From a virus: a stretch of 64,000 nucleotides of DNA. The stretch covers positions 1-64,000 of IMG/VR virus record IMGVR_UViG_3300032246_001368. One strand, 5' to 3'. Positions 19,634 through 28,358 of this stretch are shown piece after piece (the first letter of the stretch is position 1; each line of letters starts with the position of its first letter). The notes under the pieces are model-generated. The model did no database searches and was not told the DNA's origin. It saw only the letters and a program-made list of their open reading frames with translations. Made by a program: the position numbers and the translations under genes.

Positions 19634-20269
19634 ATGAATAATACATATTATGGGTTTATATATCTTTGGGAAAATACACATCCAACAGCAGACAAATATA
19701 AAAAATATATAGGTCAGCATGTTGGATGTGTTGAAGATGGATATATAGGTTCTGGAATAATTTTTTTAAAAAAATTTTATTGTAAAAAATATAGAAATTT
19801 TTGGAAAAGAACTATTCTTGAATATTGTCAAGATCAAACCAAATTAGATGAAGCCGAAAATAAATATATAAAAGATAATAATGCTATAGATAGTGAAATT
19901 TTTTGTAATATAAGGCATGGTGGTAGAACAGGTAAATTAAACCCTTCTTCCATTATAAAAATGAAAGAATCTTTAAAAGGCAGAATACCGTGGAATAAAG
20001 GTAAAAAAACAGGTAAACAATCAAAAAAATTAAAAGAAAAAAGGGTAAAGTCTTTAATGGCTAGTAAACAAATTGAAAGAGAAAAAGATTACGAAATAAT
20101 AATTGATTTAATTTCTGAAAAATCTTTTCTTAAAAGAGAAGATTTACAAAACTCATTTAAAAAGTGGAAAGCAACAAAAAGACTTAATGATTTAATCAAA
20201 ATAAATAAACTAAAAATATTTAAAAATAAAAATGGAGAACATTTTTATACTTTGAATAAATCGTTGTAA
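19634..20269 (+). CDS. Seg-like GIY-YIG homing endonuclease
   Basis: YGFIYLWEN.......KKYIGQH......GYIGSG...F.RTILE; GRIPWNKGKK; ATG at 19634 preferred over 19574 (TAAGTA 5 nt upstream, no overlap). Confidence 0.85.
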   Translation: MNNTYYGFIYLWENTHPTADKYKKYIGQHVGCVEDGYIGSGIIFLKKFYCKKYRNFWKRTILEYCQDQTKLDEAENKYIKDNNAIDSEIFCNIRHGGRTGKLNPSSIIKMKESLKGRIPWNKGKKTGKQSKKLKEKRVKSLMASKQIEREKDYEIIIDLISEKSFLKREDLQNSFKKWKATKRLNDLIKINKLKIFKNKNGEHFYTLNKSL

Positions 20270-20291
20270 TAAATTTTATATATAATATAAT
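20264..20291 (+). promoter_or_regulatory. sigma70-type promoter
   Basis: TTGTAA (20264-20269), 16 bp, TATAAT (20286-20291); ATG follows after 6 nt. Confidence 0.55.
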
Positions 20292-20297
20292 CATTTA

Positions 20298-20690
20298 ATG
20301 GTTAAGAAGAATACTATAGATGGTCTGTTTCCTCTATTAGATTGGATTCTTAAAAAGAAGGGAAAGCTTCCGGTAGATTCAACTCTGCCGGGAGTATTTC
20401 TTATTAATAGATGGTTGTCTATGTCTGAGGGATCTGTAGCTCAAATAGTAAATGCTACTTCCAATAGATGGATAAACAAAACAGAATTAGGAAAAGACAA
20501 TTTGTCTATAAGCAAATTCTTTAATGTAGTATTACCTAAATCTTTTAAAAGAATAACCTATATTAAAAAATCTACTAAAGAATCACATCTAGAAGATGTG
20601 TCAAATGTAGCAAATGCTATGGAATGTTCTATTAAAGAAGTAGAATTTTATAATAGAACCCTTGCAGAATTGAAACAAAAACTTAAATAA
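20298..20690 (+). CDS. probable clamp loader small subunit (T4 gp62-like)
   Basis: FLINRWLSM, LPK..KRITYIKK and VANAMECSIKEVEFY resemble gp62 homologues; 130 aa. Confidence 0.55.
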   Translation: MVKKNTIDGLFPLLDWILKKKGKLPVDSTLPGVFLINRWLSMSEGSVAQIVNATSNRWINKTELGKDNLSISKFFNVVLPKSFKRITYIKKSTKESHLEDVSNVANAMECSIKEVEFYNRTLAELKQKLK

Positions 20691-20699
20691 AAACAATAT

Positions 20700-21104
20700 A
20701 TGACAATAGCACGCCCTCAACAGGAAGATAGAATTCATGGATTAGTTCAAATTGAAAACTACAAAAGCAATTCTATGGAATTGGATGAATGGAATTTGAC
20801 CAAAGTATTAGATGATATTATTATGGTTCAATATACTGATGTCAATGAAGATGGAACCGAAGTTAATCGTAATGGTATTTGGTTACCTATTAATGCAGTG
20901 AATCATGTCTGGAGAATAGGCAAAGTTATTTTAGCAGGACCAAATTGTAGAACAGTTAAAGAAGGAGATAATGTAGTATTCCCAAATGATAAAGGAATAC
21001 AAGTTTCAAGTCTTAATGATTTAAAACATATTGTCTTCTTGAACGAAAGCCGCATCTTTGGTGTTTGTGAACCAAAGAAGGCAATCGAAAATAAAAAGAA
21101 ATAG
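20700..21104 (+). CDS. groES: GroES-like co-chaperonin
   Basis: DDIIMVQ...NGIWLP...GKVILAGP...VKEGDNVVFP...LNESRIFGV. Confidence 0.8.
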   Translation: MTIARPQQEDRIHGLVQIENYKSNSMELDEWNLTKVLDDIIMVQYTDVNEDGTEVNRNGIWLPINAVNHVWRIGKVILAGPNCRTVKEGDNVVFPNDKGIQVSSLNDLKHIVFLNESRIFGVCEPKKAIENKKK

Positions 21105-21487
21105 TGAAACTTTCTTTGGGTGGTTTAAAAGCCTTATGCCAAACTAACGTCGTTGAAATTAAGTTTCAACGACGAGTAAAGGTATATAATAAACCATCTT
21201 CTAGGAGAATGTTAGCTACTTTAGATAGATCTATATTAGACTCAAAATTAGGAAGAGAAATTTTAAATTTTAAACAACCAACTAAAACCCCTGCTTATGA
21301 TTCAGCATCAAAAGGGCTATTAACAGTTTGGGATTTATTTTTTCAAAATTGGAGATCAATACCAGTTGCAAGTTGTGAAGTAGTTTCAACAGTACCTACA
21401 AGACCTCCAGAAAAATTTTGGGAATATTTTAATAAATCTATCGGTAATATGTCTGCGGCTCAAAAGGCTTCTTTCATGGACAAATAA
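21104..21487 (+). CDS. WYL_2/SH3-like phage protein
   Basis: VVEIKF.RR....RRMLATL...LLTVWDL....WRSI pattern of a conserved T4-like small-barrel protein. Confidence 0.55.
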   Translation: MKLSLGGLKALCQTNVVEIKFQRRVKVYNKPSSRRMLATLDRSILDSKLGREILNFKQPTKTPAYDSASKGLLTVWDLFFQNWRSIPVASCEVVSTVPTRPPEKFWEYFNKSIGNMSAAQKASFMDK

Positions 21488-21490
21488 AAA

Positions 21491-21850
21491 ATGAGCATAA
21501 ATGGAACAATCATAGAAGCCGCTTGCAAATCTTTGTTACAAAAAAAGGTAACATTAGAATTTGGAAACAAAGTATATAAACAAGGAAAATTAATTCTTTT
21601 CTATCAAAAGAATTTTTATATTATGTTTATAATGGACACTCCTCGCAAGGAAAGAGAAAAAATAGAAATTCCTATTCCTTATGGAGTTGAAATTCATGAA
21701 GAAGATGATTTAATATATTTTGATTATAGAATCAAAACTTTAGCAAAACATGCTCCAGAGATTGAAAATTATCTTAGAGTATATCCCTCTAAGACATCTA
21801 ACAATAGATTCTGGGATTCAATTTTAACCATAAACGCAAGCAATGAATAA
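21491..21850 (+). CDS. hypothetical protein, 119 aa
   Basis: ORF track; tightly packed operon. Confidence 0.7.
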   Translation: MSINGTIIEAACKSLLQKKVTLEFGNKVYKQGKLILFYQKNFYIMFIMDTPRKEREKIEIPIPYGVEIHEEDDLIYFDYRIKTLAKHAPEIENYLRVYPSKTSNNRFWDSILTINASNE

Positions 21851-22091
21851 AATGTTAATATACAGTGCCTTTTCAGGCACCTTTTACGAGATACCAGAAT
21901 CAGACTATCCACTATTAGATCCTGGCCAGTTGCCTCTTAATAAGAAGCCACAACAGAATTGTAATAAATGTTTTGGAAGAGGGCATTTAGGCAAAGACAA
22001 ACAGACATACACATACGCTATTTGTAATTGTGTACGAAAAGTAATAAACCTTGATTTAATTAAAAGAACAGAAGAACAAATACTGAAGTGA
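21843..22091 (+). CDS. small zinc-ribbon protein
   Basis: CNKCFGRG (DnaJ-like CxxCxGxG) ... ICNCV. Confidence 0.65.
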   Translation: MNKMLIYSAFSGTFYEIPESDYPLLDPGQLPLNKKPQQNCNKCFGRGHLGKDKQTYTYAICNCVRKVINLDLIKRTEEQILK

Positions 22092-22711
22092 GTACTTTTT
22101 ATATAGATTCAACAGACATTACAACGGATTTATGCAGTATTGGTGGAAAACACAATACTGACAAATCACCGTTTGCACAAAATAGTGTTTGTTGTGGTCA
22201 CCGGAAAGGGTATACCGCCGTATATTCTTTATTATTAGCTCAGTATGATTCTGTACCCTTTAATTTTGCAGAAATAGGAATTGAACAAGGTAGTAGTTTA
22301 TTAATGTGGTCTGAAAAATACCCATTAGCAAACATTAGTGCATTTGAATACTATGATGAAAAAATTCAAACATGTCAAAATCTTAATCTGCCTAACGTAA
22401 AAATATATAAAACAGATGTATCTAATAAAGAAATTTTTAATGAGTCTTTTACAAAAGCTAATACGTTATTTGATGTCATAATAGATGATTCTTCTCATGT
22501 CTTAGAACATGAAAATATAATCATTGAGAATAGTCACAAGTATCTTAAACAGGGTGGTATGCTTATTATAGAAGATATAGAAAGGTCTACAAACATTGAT
22601 CAATTTAAAATTGATTCCAGTGTCTGGAGTTTTACAACGTTTATTATATGTCATCATAATAATAGAAATTGTACAGACAATGATAAAATCTTGGTCTTAA
22701 TCAAAAGATAG
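22088..22711 (+). CDS. class I SAM-dependent methyltransferase (sugar O-methyltransferase-like)
   Basis: TDK...Y..VY; AEIGIEQGSSL.MW; FDVIIDDSSH; LKQGGMLIIEDI. Confidence 0.82.
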   Translation: MSTFYIDSTDITTDLCSIGGKHNTDKSPFAQNSVCCGHRKGYTAVYSLLLAQYDSVPFNFAEIGIEQGSSLLMWSEKYPLANISAFEYYDEKIQTCQNLNLPNVKIYKTDVSNKEIFNESFTKANTLFDVIIDDSSHVLEHENIIIENSHKYLKQGGMLIIEDIERSTNIDQFKIDSSVWSFTTFIICHHNNRNCTDNDKILVLIKR

Positions 22712-22713
22712 AC

Positions 22714-22742
22714 TTGAGATACCTCGTAATCTTTATTATAAT
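22714..22742 (+). promoter_or_regulatory. sigma70-type promoter for helicase
   Basis: TTGAGA (22714-22719), 17 bp, TATAAT (22737-22742); GTG start follows after 5 nt. Confidence 0.7.
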
Positions 22743-22747
22743 AAAGA

Positions 22748-24418
22748 GTGCAGAAATTATTTAGTTCTAAATTTTTACAATCCTTTAAAGGAACACCTCG
22801 CCCTCAACAAGAGGAGGCTCTAGATAAAATAGAAAGAGCCTTCAATGCAGGGAAAAAATATGTGATAGCCTGTTTGCCCACTGGCTCAGGAAAATCCCAT
22901 ATAGGATTAGCTGTAGCAGCATCTACTAGAAATATAGATCCAGAAAGAAAACATATCCTCGAAAGTTACGGTATATATAAAAGGGATCGTAATGGTGGAT
23001 ATGCATATGAAGATGATTTTAATAGTAAACCTTCATATGGAAGTTACATATTAACTGTTACAAGGTCTCTTCAAGACCAGTATCAATCATTATTCAATGA
23101 TGTTATCTTGGCTAAAGGCAAAAACAATTATATTTGTGATGTAGATAAGAATCTTACAGTAGACTTTGCTCCTTGCTTGTTCTCTGCCAATTTAAGAGAA
23201 GATTGCTTCGAGAAGAATAGGTGTCCTTATTACAAAACCAAGAATGATGCTCTAATGGCACAGTACTCAGTTTTGAACTATAGGTACCTGACTAATCTTC
23301 CTCCCTTCTTAAGAAAGAGAGAGATATTCGTATGTGATGAAGCAAGTCAGATAGAAGATGAATTGGTGGGTCAATATTCTGTCTCTCTTTCGTATTCATT
23401 TTTAGCTTCAGAGAATATACAATTTAAAAAATTGATTTCAGATGACTCAGATGAAGCCGGAAGATGGCTTCAAGATATTTATATACAGCTCAAAGACGAA
23501 CTTGCTGATCTCAAGCATAAGGTATCATTGATGTCTCAGAAAAGTAATTCTTTTTCAGGCATTCAATTTAAGCAAATGCAAAGACTGAGTAAGATGTCTG
23601 GCGTTGTTAATACTTTAGGAGATGTAGTTGAGTCGTGGAGAGAATGTGAGTATATGGTTGAGAAGAAGGATTCGGAGTTCGTTACCTTTACTCCTTACGA
23701 CATCAAACCATTAGCCAAGCGAATATTTGATCATGCTGATAAAGTGTTGATGATGTCAGCCACAATCAGTAATCCAAAAGAATTTGCCAAGAGTTTGGGA
23801 ATTGGAGAAGACGAATATGAATATATTGAAGTTAAATCTTCCTTTGATCCTCAGAAATCTCCTATATATTGTTCCACAAAATTTAGTTTATCGTATGCTA
23901 ATATGGCTAAGGATCTCCCCAAGGTTCTAGATCTTGCATTAGCTATTTGTGAAAAGCATAAAGGTGAGAAAGGTATCATTCACACACATACTAATCAGAT
24001 TACTGAATCATTAAAGAAGAAAACAAGAAATATCCAACGTCAATTTCTTTTCAGAGAAGTAGGAGTATCTAATGAAGATATTGTTAAGGCTCATAAAGAC
24101 GAAACTGATAATGATACAATTCTAGTAAGCCCTTCTCTTGATACCGGATTAAGCTTAGATGATGAATTAGGCAGATTTCAAATTATTATTAAAGCACCCT
24201 ATCTTCCGTTAGGTTCTAAGAGAATTAAAAAGCTTTTTGAAAAGAATAAAGAACACTATTCAATGAAAATGCTTGATTCTATTATTCAAATGGCTGGAAG
24301 ATGTACGCGTTCTGTAGATGACCATTCAGTGACTTATATATTAGACGGATCTGCAGTAAAGGCGGTCATGATGAATAAACGCAATTTACCCAAACACTTT
24401 TTAGAACGATTTGTCTAA
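22748..24418 (+). CDS. DinG/Rad3(XPD)-family SF2 helicase with putative 4Fe-4S cluster
   Basis: Q motif PRPQQ; LPTGSGKS; LQDQY; KGKNNYIC..APC..EDC..RCPYY (4 Cys); CDEAS; MSATI; QIIIKAPY; QMAGRCTRSVDD; YILD. Confidence 0.9.
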   Translation: MQKLFSSKFLQSFKGTPRPQQEEALDKIERAFNAGKKYVIACLPTGSGKSHIGLAVAASTRNIDPERKHILESYGIYKRDRNGGYAYEDDFNSKPSYGSYILTVTRSLQDQYQSLFNDVILAKGKNNYICDVDKNLTVDFAPCLFSANLREDCFEKNRCPYYKTKNDALMAQYSVLNYRYLTNLPPFLRKREIFVCDEASQIEDELVGQYSVSLSYSFLASENIQFKKLISDDSDEAGRWLQDIYIQLKDELADLKHKVSLMSQKSNSFSGIQFKQMQRLSKMSGVVNTLGDVVESWRECEYMVEKKDSEFVTFTPYDIKPLAKRIFDHADKVLMMSATISNPKEFAKSLGIGEDEYEYIEVKSSFDPQKSPIYCSTKFSLSYANMAKDLPKVLDLALAICEKHKGEKGIIHTHTNQITESLKKKTRNIQRQFLFREVGVSNEDIVKAHKDETDNDTILVSPSLDTGLSLDDELGRFQIIIKAPYLPLGSKRIKKLFEKNKEHYSMKMLDSIIQMAGRCTRSVDDHSVTYILDGSAVKAVMMNKRNLPKHFLERFV

Positions 24419-24429
24419 GTATAAGGTAG

Positions 24430-25119
24430 ATGCGCAATTATACCTTTAACTTTGAAATACAAACAATATTAGAACAATTTGTATCAGCTTTTAATGACAT
24501 TATCATTAAAAGATATGATAACAATAAGAATACATTACCACCTCTTTCTGGGAATCCGGTCAGATTTGTATATGCACCAAAGCAAAGAGTATATGAAGCA
24601 TTAACTACACCAGCACCGGGTGGCATACAGGTACCTGTTGTATCTGTTACTATATCCAGTATATCGAGAGACAATTCAAGAGTCTTTAATAAACTGGATG
24701 GATTTTTTGTTGATAATCCTTCAGCGGATGGAAGTTTAGTACAAAAAATGGGTCAACCAGTACCAGTCAATATTGGAGTTAACATGACTATTGTAACTAA
24801 ATTCCAATCAGACATGGACCAGATACTGACCAATTTTATTCCTTACTGTGATCCTTATATTATAATATCTTGGAAATTGCCAACTTCATCCACCACTACA
24901 TATGAATTAAGAACTGAAGTGCTGTGGAATGGGAATATTAATGTATCATATCCAACAGAATTAAACAATACCGATGCTCAACGGCTTGTTTCAGAGACCT
25001 CATTCACTATAAAGGGATGGATGTTTAAATCTTCTGGAGAAACTATTAAGAAAATTTATAGCATAGAATCTATCTACCAAACAGATGATAAAAATGATTC
25101 TATCTTCACAACTTTGTAA
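24430..25119 (+). CDS. gp15: tail terminator / sheath stabiliser (T4 gp15-like)
   Basis: F.SAFNDIIIKR; YAPKQR; ISRD.SR.FNK; PVPVNI....I.TK.Q.DMDQIL.NFIPY.DP; FTIKGWMF. Confidence 0.85.
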   Translation: MRNYTFNFEIQTILEQFVSAFNDIIIKRYDNNKNTLPPLSGNPVRFVYAPKQRVYEALTTPAPGGIQVPVVSVTISSISRDNSRVFNKLDGFFVDNPSADGSLVQKMGQPVPVNIGVNMTIVTKFQSDMDQILTNFIPYCDPYIIISWKLPTSSTTTYELRTEVLWNGNINVSYPTELNNTDAQRLVSETSFTIKGWMFKSSGETIKKIYSIESIYQTDDKNDSIFTTL

Positions 25120-25149
25120 ACATCAGTCGAACCTTATAAGTATAATTCA

Positions 25150-26064
25150 ATGAATTCCGTCTTACCTAATAAATTTCATGGTTCTTTAACCTTTGCTCCT
25201 AAGATTACTACATATGATCTTCTTGCACAAAGAGTAAGGAGAGCTTTAGGTGAGCCTTTAATTCAAATTGAAATCAGCAGTGAACAGATGTATGAAATTA
25301 TTGACACTGCTTGTGAATACTTTACTAAATTTGCTGGTACTACAGAAGAATTTTTAATTTTTAGATCTGATCTTTATATACCTGGCACTGGTCTTCCAGT
25401 AGGAAAGATGCTTAATATAACACCAGATCAAATTAGTTCATCTACAGAAGCCCCTAGTGCTGGATGGGATTTCGATATGAATTCTTTCCGAAGAGTTGTT
25501 GATGTTTATTCCTTTGCAGAAGGAAACAACACCGGTGTTAATACGCTATTCACAATAGAGCATACAATAGCTCAACAAGCTTATTTTGGTCACCTTTTAG
25601 GTAATGTAGGATATGATCTTGTTACTTGGCAGGCAATGAAAACCTGGTTAGATACTCGTGATAAAGTATTAGCCCTTACTCCTTATATTCGCTTTGATCC
25701 TTATACACAAATAATGAAGCTCATTCCCGAGCCTCAAATATTACCACCATATTATGGCCTTGTTGGTTGTCATATGCAATTAGCTATTAAAGATATCGTA
25801 AGTCAATTATGGGTTTATAGATATACATTAGCATTGGCAAAGATTAATATAGGTCATGTAAGAAGCAAATATAGTGGTACTAATCTTTTTGGTGGTCAAA
25901 CGGTTAATGCCATAGACTTGTTCAGACAAGGCGAAGCAGAAAAGGCAGCACTAGAAGAAGAAATCACAAAGAACTTTATTGATGCCACACCTCCCAAGTT
26001 CTTCGTAGGTGTTATAACTGGTTTAATGGCAATTGGATCTATGTTTTTAAGCCTAGGTTGTTAA
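25150..26064 (+). CDS. gp13: neck protein (T4 gp13-like)
   Basis: RALGEPLIQIEI...Q....ID.A..YF; WVYRYTLALAK..IG..RSKY.G..LFGG.TVN......GE.EK..LEEEI. Confidence 0.85.
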   Translation: MNSVLPNKFHGSLTFAPKITTYDLLAQRVRRALGEPLIQIEISSEQMYEIIDTACEYFTKFAGTTEEFLIFRSDLYIPGTGLPVGKMLNITPDQISSSTEAPSAGWDFDMNSFRRVVDVYSFAEGNNTGVNTLFTIEHTIAQQAYFGHLLGNVGYDLVTWQAMKTWLDTRDKVLALTPYIRFDPYTQIMKLIPEPQILPPYYGLVGCHMQLAIKDIVSQLWVYRYTLALAKINIGHVRSKYSGTNLFGGQTVNAIDLFRQGEAEKAALEEEITKNFIDATPPKFFVGVITGLMAIGSMFLSLGC

Positions 26065-26116
26065 TTGAGTTGATAATTTTCCAGCAAACTTTTCTATTAT
26101 AGCGGTAAATATAAAT

Positions 26117-27172
26117 ATGCCGCGACAACACAACACAACACAAATTATAGAAGACTACAAAAATCTAAAATCTACTTATAAAGTAGCCCCTTTACATAAT
26201 ATAACAGCAAATACAGTAAGAAATATATTATTAAAAGAAGGTGTTCATTTGTCTAGTATTAATGATAAACATAAACATCTTATTCCGGTTGCTTTAGAAG
26301 AATATAAAAATGGTGTTTCTATGAAACAAATAGAATTAAAATATGGAATAACAAATTCTTATTTTAAAAAAATTTTAAAAGAAAACGGATTAGAATATAT
26401 TAACAGATCTAAAAATCCTTCTTCCGGTCCTATAGTATACATTAAAAATAACCTAAAAGATTTAATAGAAGATTATAAAATAACTAAAAACATTTCACTC
26501 GTAGCAAAAAAACATAAAATTAAATTCGAACCTCTTTATAGGCATTTCTCAGAAAATAATTTATTGATTCGTAAACACCAACAAATAGAAATAACTCAAG
26601 AAGAAATAAAATGTTTGTATAAAATGTATGTGAAAGATTTAATAAACGTACAAGATATATCTAAAATAAAAAAAATAACACCTTACAATATTAAAAAGAT
26701 TTTAATAAACAATTTTGGAAAAGAAATATTGAGACCAAAAGAAGAAATTACAAGACAAATGAACTACAGTGTAGGGTTTCAAGAAAATGCTCTTTCCAAA
26801 AGTTACTACAATAAAACTTATACTTTACCTTCTGGCAAAATTATAAAAGTAATGGGATACGAAGACCATTTTTTAAATTTTATTTTTAATAAAAAAATTT
26901 TTAAAGAAGAAGATTTTGATTTTACAAACAATTTTAAAATAAATTATATGGATGGTAATAAGAAAAGAAAATATTATCCAGATTTTTTTATACCAAAAAA
27001 GAATTTAATTATAGAAATAAAGTCTTTATATATTTTGAATAAACAAAAACATTTAAACGATCTTAAATTTGAAGCTGCTAAAAAAGCCGGATACAATTTT
27101 ATATGCATAGTAGACAAAAATTATGAAGAATTTTTAAACATTTATGAAGATACCTATCAAAAAGAAAAGTAG
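26117..27172 (+). CDS. free-standing PD-(D/E)XK endonuclease with N-terminal HTH-like repeats (probable homing endonuclease)
   Basis: Y.LPSGK.IKVMGYE; KYYPDFFIPKKNLIIEIKS; very low GC; own TAAATA; overlaps gp4 by 29 nt. Confidence 0.75.
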   Translation: MPRQHNTTQIIEDYKNLKSTYKVAPLHNITANTVRNILLKEGVHLSSINDKHKHLIPVALEEYKNGVSMKQIELKYGITNSYFKKILKENGLEYINRSKNPSSGPIVYIKNNLKDLIEDYKITKNISLVAKKHKIKFEPLYRHFSENNLLIRKHQQIEITQEEIKCLYKMYVKDLINVQDISKIKKITPYNIKKILINNFGKEILRPKEEITRQMNYSVGFQENALSKSYYNKTYTLPSGKIIKVMGYEDHFLNFIFNKKIFKEEDFDFTNNFKINYMDGNKKRKYYPDFFIPKKNLIIEIKSLYILNKQKHLNDLKFEAAKKAGYNFICIVDKNYEEFLNIYEDTYQKEK

Positions 27173-27605
27173 GAAATATCTTCAGGGAATTTTTAATCCT
27201 TTACATCCTCAAAAATATAAAGGATCTACTCCTATCATTTACCGCAGTAGTTTGGAATTAAAATGTTTTAGATGGATGGATAATAATTCTAACATAATAA
27301 CATGGGGGTCTGAGTCTGTTATTATTCCCTACACGTCTCCCTTAGACGGTAAAATACATAGATACTTTGTAGACATAGTTTCTCAGTTAAAAGACAAAGA
27401 GGGCAACCTTAAAAAATTACTAATAGAAATTAAACCTTCTAAATTTACCATTAAACCAACGTTATCAGAACGTAAAAGTAGTAAGACTATAATATACGAA
27501 CAAACCCAATATGCAGTCAATCAAGCCAAGTGGCAGGCTGCAACCGCCTGGTCTAAAACCAAAGGTTATGTGTTTTTAATTTTAACAGAAAGAGATTTAG
27601 TTTAG
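27144..27605 (+). CDS. gp4: head completion nuclease (T4 gp4-like)
   Basis: G.F.P..PQKYKG...IIYRSSLE...WGSE...IPY.SPLDGKIHRYFVD; LIEIKP; NQAKW.AA; F.ILTE. Confidence 0.93.
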   Translation: MKIPIKKKSRKYLQGIFNPLHPQKYKGSTPIIYRSSLELKCFRWMDNNSNIITWGSESVIIPYTSPLDGKIHRYFVDIVSQLKDKEGNLKKLLIEIKPSKFTIKPTLSERKSSKTIIYEQTQYAVNQAKWQAATAWSKTKGYVFLILTERDLV

Positions 27606-27649
27606 TGATTGTGACTCTTTGAAGTATAAATATTTGCAGTAATATTATT

Positions 27650-28324
27650 ATGAGCCAAAATGTCTATAGCCTTTTAGTCGAAGAACCCGTATATGAAGTC
27701 AAGTATTTAATCGAAGAAAAAAATAGAAATACACCTTCCATCCTTCATATCGAAGGTGATTTTTTAATGGCTGATACGCCAAATAAAAATAAGAGAGTAT
27801 ACCCATTAGAAGAAATGGTTAAAGAGGTTGATCGTTATCAGAACGAAATGATCAAAACTAATAGAGCAACTGGTGAGTTAAATCACCCTTCTTCTCCCGA
27901 AGTAAATTTAGAAAGAATTTGTCACATGGTGACAGACTTAAAACAAGAAGGTAATATTTTTAAAGGCAAGTCCAGAGTGCTCTCCACTCCTATGGGTCAA
28001 ATAGTTCGTTCATTAATAATGGATGGAGTAAGACTCGGTGTATCAAGTAGAGCATTAGGTGCTCTTACACCAGACGGTGGTGGAACCAATAGAGTTTCAG
28101 ATTTTAGATTAGTAGCAGTTGACGTTGTTGCTGATCCTTCCGTACCTACAGCATTTGTAAATGGTATCTTAGAATCTAAACAATGGATTTTAAATGACCA
28201 CGGTGAGTTTGCACCACTCTTTGATAAGTTTGAAAAGAATATAGCTTCCTTACCGAAGAAATTCACAGACAATTATCTTAAAGAACAAGTCATTAATTTT
28301 ATTAATGCTTTAAAAACTCTTTAA
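27650..28324 (+). CDS. gp21: prohead core protease (T4 gp21-like)
   Basis: IEG.FL.AD..NKNKRVYP; RATGELNHP; NLERICH; STPMGQIV; GVSSRALG; DVVADPSVP.AFVNGILE. Confidence 0.95.
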   Translation: MSQNVYSLLVEEPVYEVKYLIEEKNRNTPSILHIEGDFLMADTPNKNKRVYPLEEMVKEVDRYQNEMIKTNRATGELNHPSSPEVNLERICHMVTDLKQEGNIFKGKSRVLSTPMGQIVRSLIMDGVRLGVSSRALGALTPDGGGTNRVSDFRLVAVDVVADPSVPTAFVNGILESKQWILNDHGEFAPLFDKFEKNIASLPKKFTDNYLKEQVINFINALKTL

Positions 28325-28358
28325 TTTGTCACACACAGAGATAAATAAATAAACAAAC

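Noticed and set aside
26010-27172. Intron inserted at the end of gp13
   Set aside because: Only about 100 nt precede the nuclease ORF and its end overlaps gp4, leaving no room for an intron core or 3' exon
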